DNA of 63,280 bases, filler included, from Licmophora abbreviata (GCA_900291995.1; 50 parts of 50 records of this genome joined end to end with filler, not necessarily neighbours in it), one strand, 5' to 3'; positions 36,086 through 48,935 are shown, counted from the whole stretch's first letter. Notes: generated by a model not told the origin, from the sequence alone. Translations and numbers: made by a program.

Positions 36086-37089
36086 TGGAAGCGGATCCGA
36101 ACCATGTGCGCAAACGTCAGCAGATAGCCCAAATTCGGTATCAGTTGAGGTCGAGTCGCGTACTGCCGTCGTAGCTGCTGCACATCGGCCTGGATCAGGT
36201 CCTCCGTCTGAGTGGGCATGTTAGCATGAAGCAACGCATCCATTTCCAGCTCACTCAGATCCTCGGGCGCATCAAGCTCATCAAAGAAGCATGCCTTGCC
36301 CACCAGCTCGTGTTCCTGACAATACTTGTACCACGTTTCATTGACAAAGATGGAGGGCGCGTCGCTGAAACGAATCGGAAGCGGAACCTCTTGCATCCAG
36401 GACTGCCATGCTGATATCGAAGCATATTGCAATCCTTTGCCGACTGGCGCTTGCGGCCATGATTGGTCGAACTCTTGAAAGACACTGGCATGCTTCATAG
36501 CCTTTCGTGTCAATATGCCCATCGCAACCGACTGTCGGGAGGCACGTGGAGTAGACGGGAGACATCGGATGGAATCCAGGCAATCAACCGACAGTAACTC
36601 GCAGGTACAGTTGGCACCTGTGTGAATCGTAAGAGAGCCGCGTTTTTGATCAGTAGCACCATTGGATTCGTGGTGTGACAGAGTTAATTGTCGCGCCACG
36701 TTGGGATCTTCAAGCGTGGGAGATTCGTCACGTAGCTCCTCTTGATGGTCGGGGGCAACGGTGTCAGTCGGGAATGCGATGCGCAGGAAGGAATCTTTGT
36801 CGGAGTGAGTACCAAGAGAAGCAAAGAGAAAGATGAGGAACATGGTAGGATGCAAACGCGTCGTACTCGTACAGAAGCCCGACATGTGACCGAGGAACAT
36901 GAAATAAAGGGCGTTAAATTATTCAGACTTCAATTTACCTGGCGCGGAGGATACGGATAAATTGGTCCCAAGAAATATTTCATGAAGAGACAGAAGAACT
37001 GCCAGAATCACAACAAATACCACTGGGATAGTGGCAAAGGACTTCCGAACTCCAGGGTAGTATGTGCGTTGACGTTGAGGAGACGTCAT
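36086..37089 (-). CDS. Type II membrane protein (possible Golgi glycan-modifying enzyme) with an intron starting at 36938
   Basis: Short basic N-terminus plus TM helix, GTAAAT donor, long downstream ORF. Confidence 0.45.
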
Positions 37090-37345
37090 GTGGAAGTATA
37101 GGGGGGCGAATTGCACAAATCAAACGCCTTTTCGAAGAGAAAGAACGCTCCCGCTGTCTATTACACTTGATTAGTTGTTCGCCGATGAAGCGTAGCCACG
37201 GACCCTCGATCCGTGAACAAACTAGCGCCGCACCGCGGAGTCACANNNNNNNNNNNNNNNNNNNNNNNNNNNNNNNNNNNNNNNNNNNNTTAATTAATTA
37301 ANNNNNNNNNNNNNNNNNNNNNNNNNNNNNNNNNNNNNNNNNNNN

Positions 37346-38105
37346 TGCCTTCAAAGTCAGTCGGATCTTCGCGGTAGGTGATGGTGAACTTGAGATGGTT
37401 GTAAAGGAAGTACTCGTCGTTCTTGAGTCCCGTGTAGGAGGGAGGAGCCTTGAAGCCGACCGGGTATCCGCGGACAGCGTAGTTGAGTTCCTTACTCCTC
37501 ATGAGCACGGGCAGCTGATCGAGAGTCATGTGGACACGATACTGGCGTTCGACAAGCTGGCGCATCCAACGGAGTTTCTTTCCACCGATGTTGACCTGGC
37601 AGAGCGGTTTGCAGCCGCGGTCTTGCTTGACGTTGAGCAGAAAGGGCGCCGGCTTGAGCTCGTGACCCTGGAGACGACTTCCGAGGTTCTTGCGCAGTTT
37701 CTGCTTACGCGAGAGCGTGAGCTCGGGAGGAGGGCAAAAGGGGAGGTCGTAGAACTCGAACGGGACCTGCGTCTTTTTGGAATTGATGGTCTCGGTAAAC
37801 ATGAAGATCTCGGAACTGATAGTGTACTCCGTGGGCGAGACTCCAGGAAAGAGAACGGCGGCCAAGCTAGCTTGCTTCTTCCGCAAGAGTCCCTTGCGCT
37901 TCTTCTTGCGGAGGTGATAATTCCGCATCGCAGCAGCTTCTTCCGTGTGGCTGACCTCGTCCACGCCAGAGTTGCGGAGTTCAATGTACTTGGCCTGCTC
38001 CTGCTTGGAGGCCTGAACTCGCTCCTTGCGCGACAAGCCTTTCGCGGAGGCACTGCTCACAGCGCAGGCAAGCAGCAGTGCCAAGACGTAACGTGACGTG
38101 GTCAT
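37346..38105 (-). CDS. Transmembrane 9 superfamily (TM9SF/EMP70) protein, N-terminal lumenal part
   Basis: Signal peptide; FPGVSP..Y, SKKTQVPFEFYDLPFC, NLG..L.G, LDQLP, GYPVG, YNHLKFTI.Y. Confidence 0.93.
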
Positions 38106-38606
38106 CGTGGTGGGTTCAGAATGGCGGAAGCAGCGGCAGTGGCGAGGATGAGGCGAGTCGGGGACATTATCTGTGGGACGATGCGGGGGATACCATTGTC
38201 CTAGTGGGTTGACGGAACGGCGGCAGTACCATGTTCTACGCATTTTCTACGTCCTGGCATGACAACATCATTGTTGAGATGAGCGTAGGGTCATTTTGAA
38301 ATTTTGAAACTTTGATCGGCACTGTGGAGAAGTATCGAAACTCCAGATTCCAAGTTCCATGCACAGAGAGACGCGATGAGTGAAAATGTGAAAAGGGAAA
38401 CCCTATACAGCCCCCCAGTCGACGTCAGCAGTCTGTCTGCCAGTAGGTCTCGTGTTCATCGCTCGTCTCTCTTGGCGCGCCATATTTTCGAAACAAGCGC
38501 GAGTTCNNNNNNNNNNNNNNNNNNNNNNNNNNNNNNNNNNNNNNNNNNNNTTAATTAATTAANNNNNNNNNNNNNNNNNNNNNNNNNNNNNNNNNNNNNN
38601 NNNNNN

Positions 38607-39765
38607 CATCGGTGGTGGTAGACAGCGGGTCAACTCATCACATGGTGCCTCATCGGCGTGAGTTCCGCGAGTATACAAATTTTCCGGCTGGGTCACACCA
38701 TGTGAACCTAGCCGATAACGGTGGTACGTTGCCAGTATGCGGTATTGGTACTTGGGTTTTCAGTTCTGGATCTCGACTCATCCAAGTCAACGATGCTCTT
38801 CACGTTCCTGGTCTACGTTCTCCTTTATTTTCGGTTCGTAAACATCGCCGTCAACCTGGATGCTCATTCATCGCTGACAATTCAAATTGTATCTTGACAT
38901 TTCCTACCTTCATTTTGGATGTCGATGATTCTACTGACTGTCTCCTACCAACTGAATGTGTGACATCTCCAACTTCAATTCCCCTACATGAGTTTGATTA
39001 TGTGGATGTATCATCGACGACTCCATCCGCGAACACGTTCCCAACGCCTTCGCAAGCTCCGGACTCTACAGTTCCAAACTTCCATCCCACGACTCCTGCC
39101 ATGTCTTCCAAAATGGTCACCGGTTCTATCTCCGGCCCCCAAATGGAGACCAGAGCGGCTCGCCGTCGTAGAATGTTGAATTCCCCACCTCCCCCGGTCG
39201 ATTCGACTACGGGTTCCACTTCTATTGAGGAATCTCAGTCGCCGATGCATGATGAGTCGATGTCGCCGATGGATAACTCGTCGCCTTCCAATAGCAGACT
39301 TACGCCTATGCCATATTACCGACCATCCTCGACGACGACCGCACACCGTCGCCTTACGGGTCAACAACTCCATCAATACTTGGGTTTTCGCACCCTGAAG
39401 CAGTGGTCGAGCCTTGAGGAAACGGGTAGTGGTTCGGTACATGTTATTTCTGGGGGGGAGTCTCCATTGGAACTTGGCAAGGTGGCCAACAAGACGAAAG
39501 ATAGTCGTAATACGACTGCCGTACCACGTCCCACCGAATTTTTGGATGTTGTCCATATGGACATTGGCTACGGTGACGTTACTGCAATTGGCGGTGTCCG
39601 ATACACGTTGATGTTTGTCGATCGTGCAACAAGGTATTTTTTCTTCTACGGAATGAAGCACCTGACACAAACATGTATCATCACGGCGTTCGAACAATTC
39701 CAAACGGAACTTGCGGGTCGTCTCCCAACAACTATCTACACGGACTTTGACCCAAAATTGCTTTC
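38607..39765 (+). mobile_element. Ty1/copia protease-integrase fragment
   Basis: VVDSGSTHHM protease, LHVPGL..PLFSV, VVHMDI, FVDRATRY, IYTDFD. Confidence 0.88.
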
Positions 39766-39865
39766 NNNNNNNNNNNNNNNNNNNNNNNNNNNNNNNNNNN
39801 NNNNNNNNNTTAATTAATTAANNNNNNNNNNNNNNNNNNNNNNNNNNNNNNNNNNNNNNNNNNNN

Positions 39866-41020
39866 GGTCGCCTGCGCTACGACCGTGGCGACGGAGCTGC
39901 GAAAGGCTATCGCCACGGGCACCGCGAACGGCAGCTCACCGGCACCTTCGGGACGGAAACAGTGCGGGTGCCGCGGGCCCGGATCGAGGATGACGCTGGC
40001 AAGGTGACGGAATGGCGCTCGAAAGCGCTGCCCCGTTACCAGCGGTTGACCAAAAAGGCCGAAGCCTTGATCGCCGCAGTCTATCTTTCCGGCACCAATA
40101 CCCGGCGCGTCAAGCGGGCGCTGTTCGGGCTGTTCGAGGGCGCCGTCAGCAAGGACGTGGTCAGCCGTGCCTGGCGCAAGGTGAAAGTCGACTGGGACGC
40201 GTGGTGCGCCCGCAGCCTCGCCGATGAGGACATCATTCGCATCATTCTCGATGGCACCGTGATCAAGACCCGCATCGACAAGAAGGCCACGAACATCTCA
40301 GTGCTGGCCGCCATCGGCGTGCGGCGCGACGGTCAGAAGGTGCTGCTTTCCATAAGAAACATGGGCGGCGAGAGCACCGCTGCATGGCGGCAGTTCCTCG
40401 ATGATCTTGATGCCCGAGGCTTGAAACGGCCCGAATTTGTGATTGTCGATGGCGCTCCGGGGCTGGAGGCCGCGCTCGTGGGGTTGTGGGGCGAGGATCT
40501 GCCGATCCAACGCTGCACGGTTCACAAACACCGCAACCTTCTGGCCCATGCCCCGAAGCACATGCATGACGAGCTGACCGAAGACTACCGGGACATGATC
40601 TATGCCGACACCGCGGCCGAGATCGATAAGCGGCGCAGGGCGTTCCTGCGCAAGTGGCGCCTGAAGTGCCGGGCCGTCGCCGATAGCCTGGAGGAAGCGG
40701 GGGACCGGCTCTTCACATTCACCCGCCTCGATCCAACGCAATGGAAATCCGCCAGGACCACCAACGCCATTGAGCGCCTCAACGAGGAGTTCCGCCGCCG
40801 TATCAAGACCCAGACCGTGTTGCCCTGCGCCGAGACCGTGCCGATGCTGCTATGGGCGCTGCTCGCCTCCGGTCAGATCCAGATGCGAAAGGTCGACGGC
40901 TGGGAAACCCTCTCTCAGCCCCTCGAACCCATGCCCCTTGACCTCGCAGCCTAAAACACCGACCCTTCACATGCCCGGAGCGCGCCGCCAGGGAATTTCC
41001 ACAGCATTCGCGACACGACC
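39866..41020 (+). mobile_element. IS256-family insertion sequence (transposase to 40954 plus right end), alphaproteobacterial
   Basis: GYRHG.R.R, ILDGT, VDGAPGL, QRCTVH, RTTNAIERLNEEFRRR; ends in ...CACAGCATTCGCGACACGACC, an IS256-type terminal repeat. Confidence 0.93.
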
Positions 41021-41123
41021 CGGNNNNNNNNNNNNNNNNNNNNNNNNNNNNNNNNNNNNNNNNNNNNTTAATTAATTAANNNNNNNNNNNNNNNNNNNNN
41101 NNNNNNNNNNNNNNNNNNNNNNN

Positions 41124-41396
41124 CGTTTCTCCCGTGTCTGGGTCATCGTAAGCAATCGCCGCACTGACCGTTCGTAATGCTGTGGCAACATGGGCTCCAG
41201 GGTCGTAGCCAGTGACATTCACTGGTCGGTCAAAATCGTGTAGCACAAGGGAGTGCTTGCCCACGACACAACAGTCTGCGTGGGAGTCAAGGTCAGTAAA
41301 TGTATCAACATTGCCGGCATGGCGTTTTACGACCCCCACACTTATCCTGCTGACAATCGGCTGTACTGTCACCGCTGACACAACAGCCGGAGTCAG
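41124..41396 (-). mobile_element. Copia (CoDi-like) pol N-terminus, aspartic protease, in frame with gag
   Basis: DLDSHADCCVVG, V.V..YDP, SAAIAYDDP.TGET. Confidence 0.85.
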
Positions 41397-42280
41397 TCAG
41401 GACTTTTTCACCTTCTGCCGCGTAAGGGCAGGGTTCGAGCGGTTGCTCGTGACCTCGGTGGCCGCATCAGGCGACACCGAGTCGTCATCATCATCGTCGG
41501 TCGACAGCTTGTCCAGCTTGGACGTCAACGCTGCGACTCGGCGGGACAGAGTTTTAAAGTCACTCTTGCCCGTCTTCCTCCTCTTCCCTCCTCCATTATC
41601 ATCACCGTGCTTCTTCTTTCCTCCTCGTTTGCCCCTCTTGAGTCTCAAGGCATCCTTCTGCTCACGAGAGAGTTCGGCATATTCCTTAGCCGTGTAGTAT
41701 CGGTCTTCAACTTGAGCACTTCCCTTGTCGGTCGCAACCGACGATACATTCAAGCTTGTCGTTTCGGTCGCTCGGGTCTGCTTGATGAAGTCTTGATACA
41801 AAGTGACGCAGCCCTGGAAGTCTACTCTCAAGGCCGCATCCGACATGATACGGGTCTTCACAGAGTCCAGAGTCGGCGTCTTGATCCCAGCCAACAAATG
41901 CCTGACTTTCGATCGCGGGTCGATCCCGGCATAGCCATACTCAGTGAGGCCTTCGAGGATCGCGTGCTGGTCAACGTGAGTCTTCACGTACTTTTCAAAG
42001 TTCCAGCGGCGCCTCTCACCGGTGTATACCGTCTTCTCCAATTTCGTTTCCGCCGCAGAGGCCATGTTATCGACGTTGTTCGCACCCAGGAAGTGGTCGT
42101 ACAATCCAAAGAAGGCCGCCCTGCCGTCGCGTGTACGCTGCGCCGGCTTCACATAAGTCCAGCAGTCCAAGTCTCGCGTCATCTGCGCGATGACCTCGTA
42201 CACCTTCTGGGAGTCAGCCCTGTAGGTCTGTCCCTCATGAGGGGCCCTCCTGACCATCTCTTCGGCAACGGTCGGGTATT
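41397..42280 (-). mobile_element. Copia (CoDi-like) gag C-terminus
   Basis: RDGRAAF..L..HFLG, Y.GE.RRWNFEKY...H, KVR.LL.GI, DRYY...EY..LS, NRSNPALTRQ motifs. Confidence 0.85.
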
Positions 42281-42403
42281 NNNNNNNNNNNNNNNNNNNN
42301 NNNNNNNNNNNNNNNNNNNNNNNNTTAATTAATTAANNNNNNNNNNNNNNNNNNNNNNNNNNNNNNNNNNNNNNNNNNNNGTCGGTCCGATTGTCATCTA
42401 GGT

Positions 42404-43439
42404 CTAGTGCATGGTGTACGCACCCCAGGCCAATAGGGAGCACAGTGCTTGGAGTATCATGATGGAACGACTCGAAGCGGCACGAACAGAAATGGCACTA
42501 CTCGTAGGTCCGGCAATCGGACTCAAAGTAGGCTCAGTGGTGACGACGGGACTCGGCGATGGCGCAGTACTGAGAGCCGCATTCGATGGGGGATGCGGAC
42601 ATCTCTTCAGTGGGAATATCGACGGGACTCGGCGATGGCGCAGCACTGATGGCCGCAAGCGATGGGGATGCGGACATCTCTTCGGTTGGGATGTCTACAG
42701 GACTCGGCGATGGCGCAGTACTGATAGGCGCGGGTGATGGGGATGCTGGGATGTCGACAAGAGCTGTTCCAAAAGGCGTCCGGATCCAGCAGTAGCCTTC
42801 CGTGTCGTATTGAAAGTCGAGTATGCCAGCTCCAGCAAAGATATTGGGATCGTAGCTAACAGACCAGCTAATCGTAGACATTGTTCCTTCAAAGCTCTGG
42901 GCGCCTCCATTCAGTTCGAGGCGAGAAAAGATCTCGCAACTCGAGCACCCGTCAGAGCACTTTCCGATCTCCACAAACGAATTGTCCGGATTCCAAGAAT
43001 CCATGAGTTCTCCGACCTCACTGCCCACAAAATTTGTCACGATGTCAGTGCCTTCGAAATCAACGAACGCGTTGGCGTCGCAGTCAGCGACCGCTTGAAA
43101 CTCGAGACGAGTACGGAACGTCTCTGGATCCGACTGAATTTGAATCTCCTTTCCCTCAGGCGCTTCAAAAGAGAACTCAAGCCCGTCATACTGCGAGAGA
43201 TCAATCGAAAAGGTTCCACCGCAGACCGTCGTCGTCTCATCAGAAAAGTCATCCGTCTTTTCCTCACAGAACTCGACCGTTGCCGGATCGACGACACGAA
43301 AGAACAGGAGGTCGTCACAACAGTCGGTTGCATTGTGAAAGTCAAGCGCTGGCTCCAGTTTCAGGCGAAGCGTTTCGGCGGTCGCTCCACGGGAAAGGAG
43401 GAGAGCAAGCGGCACAACAGTCTTGGCAAGCATCATCAT
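42404..43439 (-). CDS. Secreted, probably GPI-anchored cell-surface protein with mucin-like repeats; 1-nt frameshift near 42590
   Basis: Signal peptide, Cys-containing domain, about 3 x 66-bp IS.APSPSPVDIPTEEMSASPS repeats, hydrophobic C-tail in the shifted frame. Confidence 0.7.
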
Positions 43440-46400
43440 GGCGTTTCAAAGATGTTCAGAAGTGAAAAAGTGAGACGAAAGGTTTTGCTTCTTGGATCCG
43501 CGATAACGGTCGTGAATCAAAACCACGACTTGAATCGACNNNNNNNNNNNNNNNNNNNNNNNNNNNNNNNNNNNNNNNNNNNNTTAATTAATTAANNNNN
43601 NNNNNNNNNNNNNNNNNNNNNNNNNNNNNNNNNNNNNNNGATCTGTAGATCGCTCTGGCTCATTGATCGGCCGCATCTTCGGTCGTCAGTGGCTCATTGT
43701 GTCACGGCCACCAGCCGCCGGCCGGTGTACCGGTAACATCGCTGCAGTGGAATAAAACTACAAACTACAGTAAACTCCCGCGAAGTGTTGTACATCAGTA
43801 CTGTAGCTTCCTCGCCCTGCACGCTGAGAGACGCACCATCACACGAGGCCCTTCGTATGACGCGACACATGCCAGTTCAGAGACGAGCGACCATCATCAG
43901 ATTTCGCTTACCCACGGGACAAAATTCGAAGCCCCAAAATCCATCAAACCGACAGAGCAATGCACAGCAACCGGATGCAGATTACGACAAGCCAGCATCC
44001 AACGCTTCGCTGTCGGCATGTGCCCCATCGGCTCACTCAGCTGCAACAAGTGTACACGCTTCAATAAAGAGAGTGCACAAGCAACCTTCGTCGAACAGAA
44101 ACTAATCTCCTGCTATCCAACACGAAGGCACTTCATCGACACCATCGCCCCAATGCACCCTGATCAACGCCTTCGTGCAATTGCTCGTCTTGCAAACCAA
44201 TATGATGATACAAATTGACTGTGGCCACCCAACCTGACAAAAGGGCGATATGCGTTCAACGATTACTTACGACACGCAGCGTTCCGAGTGGCAGAGACGC
44301 TACTGCTCCACACAGGATGCGACAGCCTTGCACCCCTGAAGGCAATAACGAATGCTTTTGCATTACGTCAACACGCTCAAGTACTCTGAACTTGCAAGCC
44401 CACACTGACTCATGCCAATCCCGATGAAGCCAATCCAACCGTCCTTTGCCCAAATAGCAACCCAAAACTTTGCAACACCTGCGGACTCATTCAACCAGGG
44501 CATCCCAGTCGCCTCAACTCCGTCCAACTGCAATGTCCGGCCTGTCCAGCTCAAACGACCACTCGGGCTATTCCATGCCATGCCTGCACCGCTCTCTGGC
44601 TTTGCGTAAATAACTCTACCATGACACGTACAACGGTTGCGCTTGCGACAACAATGACCACTCCAAAAACGACGGCCTCCGTACCAAACCAACCCTTGTC
44701 TACTCAAGATATCCGGACCCCAATCATGGCTTCTCCTGTCAAACAAGATGCCTGCGATACGGGTACCCCACCAATCAACGCTAGCTGCCCTACNNNNNNN
44801 NNNNNNNNNNNNNNNNNNNNNNNNNNNNNNNNNNNNNTTAATTAATTAANNNNNNNNNNNNNNNNNNNNNNNNNNNNNNNNNNNNNNNNNNNNACCCGTG
44901 AACTGTGAATAGACTCTCTAGTAAGATCAAGATTTGTATTTTGCGGGCGCATACATACAAGATTTGTGTACAGGTACAAGTCCGATTTAATGTATCTTCC
45001 CTGTTATCTACTCCGTATGCGTTTCTCCTGTATCGGTAGCCCAGTACTAGCGAGTCACTTTTTTAAACTTTTATTTCATTCATGCCGGTACACTACCGGT
45101 ACTACTCGTAAAGGCTGCTTACTTTTCTCAGTCCTTCTCACGCTCCTGTCATCGTAACATCAGTGGGAGAAAAGGGACACCTGGGCATACCATCTGACGA
45201 CTGACTCGCTTCGCCTCAACCTTTGTTCTGGTGTGTCCTGGGGTCGGCTCGTATGTGTGCAGTGACGTCGGTCTCGATGTCGGCTCAGCGGTCGTTGTTA
45301 TGATGGGGCCGCTTTTCAACGAATTGGTCCATGAAGTGCGTTCTGCTGGTGTGCTTGTTTCTCACAAGGCCTTGAAATCCATCCGACTGCCAGGTGCCGT
45401 GATTGACGTCCGCTCTCCAATAGTGTGCCAGCAGTCCCTCTTGATCATCGTGGTGCTGGTTGTGGTATGGGGATTACGAAAAAGGTGGACTGTGAGCAGA
45501 GATTGTCCATTGCTTGGGCGGCTTCGGAGGGTGCAGTGGACGAGTGGGAGGTTGAGTGGAGACGTGCAGACATGTCGCAAGTTAATTCTCCAAATGAAGT
45601 ACGATAGAGAAGCTAACACCTACTGGAGTACTAGAAAGACTTATACTGATACGGTACATCTACCAGGTACTCTACAGCCAGGAGCGCGTTCAGCCATGCA
45701 ATCGGTTCATTTCCAGACGAAGCTCTTCCTCCCTCTTCAATCTGTCCTTCATCCTACTCTTCGACAATGCTCGCAGGACCACTCTGTACGTCACTTTGTT
45801 CGGAGCAGTACGGGGGTCGCCCGATGTCTTCATTTCGTTGAGCAAGCGCAGCGCTCATTCTCCCGATTCGGGCCTGCGGCTGTTTGCAATGGCAGTGATG
45901 GTTGAGGTGTATGTAATCGTCTCAGCTCGCACACTGCCTTTACCCGACGACTTTGATAACTTCTGTAGATGCCTCAAAATAGCCTCCGCTCTGTTTGCAG
46001 CATTTTATGCCCCAAGACCTCGCCCAGCAGATTATGACTGTGGTNNNNNNNNNNNNNNNNNNNNNNNNNNNNNNNNNNNNNNNNNNNNTTAATTAATTAA
46101 NNNNNNNNNNNNNNNNNNNNNNNNNNNNNNNNNNNNNNNNNNNNACAGCTCCCTCCCCAGCCGCTCGTGACTCGACTCGTTGAGTCCTGTCTCAGTCTTG
46201 TCTGCGCCTGTCTGCGTTTTCTCCCCCGCCGGACGGATGAGAGTTAAGTCGAGTCGCGATCAATCGTTGAACAAAGTCATGTGGCTGTTGCTCTATCGTA
46301 TGCCGTAAACACCATGTTCATTGATACCTAGTAGAATTGCAAGCTAGTAGAGTGCGCGTTTGGAAAAAAGGGCTAGTATTAGGAGCTGCTTTATTGTCGA

Positions 46401-46525
46401 AGGTGTATCTAGTACCAGGCTAGCTCTGAAAGTTGTACAGTGCTGAAGGGTATCTCAAGTTCAAGATCAGTCATAGAAACGTCGCCGTGAGCCACATGCT
46501 CTCATCTCGTCCGCTGCCTTTCTTC

Positions 46526-47238
46526 CTATTTCTTTTTCAAAGCTTGAAGCTCAGCCAGAGTAGCCTTGAGATCTTCTGCGTTACGATGTAGCTGCTCCAG
46601 ACTACGCTTCGCTTCGTCCTCTTCCTCCCTGGCACGCAGCTCGGCATCTTTGGCAGTACGGAGACGCGTTTCAACATAATCTTCTACGTGATGCGAGATA
46701 TCCGAGATGGCCAGCTCCCGACGGTTCTCGAGGTCTTCCAAAATGTGGTCATGTTCGTATGTTTCCAGAATCGTGTCGGCATCCTCGGCGTCATGATGGG
46801 CCTCCTTGGCGGCGGCCTCTAGGGTCTTTTCTTCCTTTAGAGCATTCTCTAGACTAGTGTAAGCGGTAGCAACTTGCTCTTTATCCACCTCTTCCTTGGT
46901 CTGAATGACGTCGAGAGCAGCCTCGATCATTTCTTCAGCAAGATCCATGCCTGCGGCCTGCAATTCGTGTGACTGAAGTGTCAGAGCGCTTACACCTGTG
47001 TGGAAGAATGCAATAGCACACTACGGCTGCTTACATCATCCGGATTCTTTTCGATTTCTTTTTCCTTCTTCTGAAGGTTCGCCCAAACTTTGCTCATTTC
47101 TCTGAGATGTTCTTGCGCTCCATCACTGCTACTCGCCGCAGCTCGGGCAACAAAATCACCACGGCGCGTCGTTGGATGCACCACAAAAGCGTCAGACAGC
47201 GCAAGAAGACCGATGCTGATTGATAGGAGATACTTCAT
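46526..47238 (-). CDS. Plastid-targeted acidic coiled-coil protein, two exons (47238-47035, 46957-46526), about 211 aa
   Basis: Signal peptide ending SDA|FVV (ASAFAP-like) plus transit peptide; GTAAGC..CTGAC..TTGCAG intron joins the two ORFs in frame. Confidence 0.8.
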
Positions 47239-47392
47239 GGTGTACGCGATTGATTCATTCTTTCCGGATTCTCATTGTAGGATGATGGCTTCNNNNNNNN
47301 NNNNNNNNNNNNNNNNNNNNNNNNNNNNNNNNNNNNTTAATTAATTAANNNNNNNNNNNNNNNNNNNNNNNNNNNNNNNNNNNNNNNNNNNN

Positions 47393-48541
47393 CAGAACCT
47401 GTTCCTCAAGGATCGCTTCGGTGCCCACCAGCTAATTGCCTTCGTCAACGAGGTGCAAGGCGTTGTCAGTTGCGAGTTCAACGTTACATTCACCTTTGAC
47501 ATTGCTGTCGAGTCAGGCTCCGACCCGGCCAGGCTGATCAGTCTGGTTAGTGTCGTTTCCCCGGTGGGAGTCTTCAACTTCACTGACGACGTCAATGGGG
47601 AGATTGTTGGCCCTGGATCCGAGTTCGAGTTCATGGCGAACATCACTATCGATTTGACCGTGCGTCAGCGCTACACGGCATTGACCACTATCATCGGCCA
47701 GGCGCTCAACGAAGGCACTTTCTGCGCAGATTCAGACTTCATCACGTTCATTGCTGGAAACCCGCTTCAGCCCACGGTTCCATCTGCCGCTCCATCGATC
47801 GCGCCAACGACGACGCCGCAGCCGACCCCAGATCCCGAGACCAATGCATGTGAGATCGTCGCTCCCATCCAGTGTACGACCACAGGTGGTCCTGAGTTCT
47901 TGCAGTGTCTCGACCTCCGTGGCCCCAGCGCACAGTCGTGCTCTGGCTTGGCCGATCCCAACGCCAGGGTGAACGCTCCGCTTCAAGTAACGCTGTTGTA
48001 CGATGGATCGACGACGGGAGGGGTGGATCCTGTATACATTACTGCGTTTGGAAGGAACGAGAACTTCGAAGGCTTTGTTTCCCTCAACACTTTCTGGCGC
48101 GCCCTTGGACTTGACGACAGGGAAGAAGTCGTTATTACAGTCTACAATGACGATCCCTTGAATGGTGGCACAGAGCTTGAGAGTTTCTCCATGAATGCCG
48201 AGTGTGACGACGCAACGGATGTGGTTCTCGGCAATAGGTTCGGCTCCAATGAGATTGTGGGCTTCCGTGTGTTCCAGACTATCTCCTACTCGAAGGCTGA
48301 AGTTACCATTCAATACGACGTCCGCAACACCGGCCTCTTCAATGCCGATGTGACGAGCGCCAGTGTAGATGGAGGTCCCAACTCCATTACGGTTCCAATC
48401 TCGCTGCCGAAACGCCGTACCATTACCGCTGATCAGGAGATCATCATCGTTGATTTGGTTCCCGGAACTACACTCAGTAAGACGTTCGCCGCAGAGGCTG
48501 TGAATGTCGACGGTACCTCACTTCTTCCTTGCAATGCTGAG
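47393..48541 (+). CDS. Large extracellular diatom protein fragment with PSAAPSIAPT linker and Cys-paired beta domains
   Basis: Open frame across the contig; PT/PS..P linker typical of diatom cell-surface proteins. Confidence 0.6.
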
Positions 48542-48935
48542 NNNNNNNNNNNNNNNNNNNNNNNNNNNNNNNNNNNNNNNNNNNNTTAATTAATTAANNN
48601 NNNNNNNNNNNNNNNNNNNNNNNNNNNNNNNNNNNNNNNNNGGCATATCACCGTCAGCCATAGACTACTCTGGGAAATTGACTGGAATATTTATGTCGGT
48701 CGACGTATACACGAAAAAGCCGGCATGACTGTCTGGCCTCCCGCCCCGGCTATGGGGTGGCCAAACACGTTCACCGATTCACTCCAGTACTCACAGGGTA
48801 CCCGGAGGCGCTCATCCTACATCAACATTAACTTGAGTCTAACCTTCGCCGATTTAATCTCAACTATCCCAACTTTGACCATTCTACTGTACGGCAGAGG
48901 CTCAACAATATAATGACAGATGGCTACTCGAAGCA

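Noticed and set aside
43640..44793. Cys-containing ORFs 43697-44218 and neighbours
   Set aside because: Short, frame-inconsistent and without recognisable motifs
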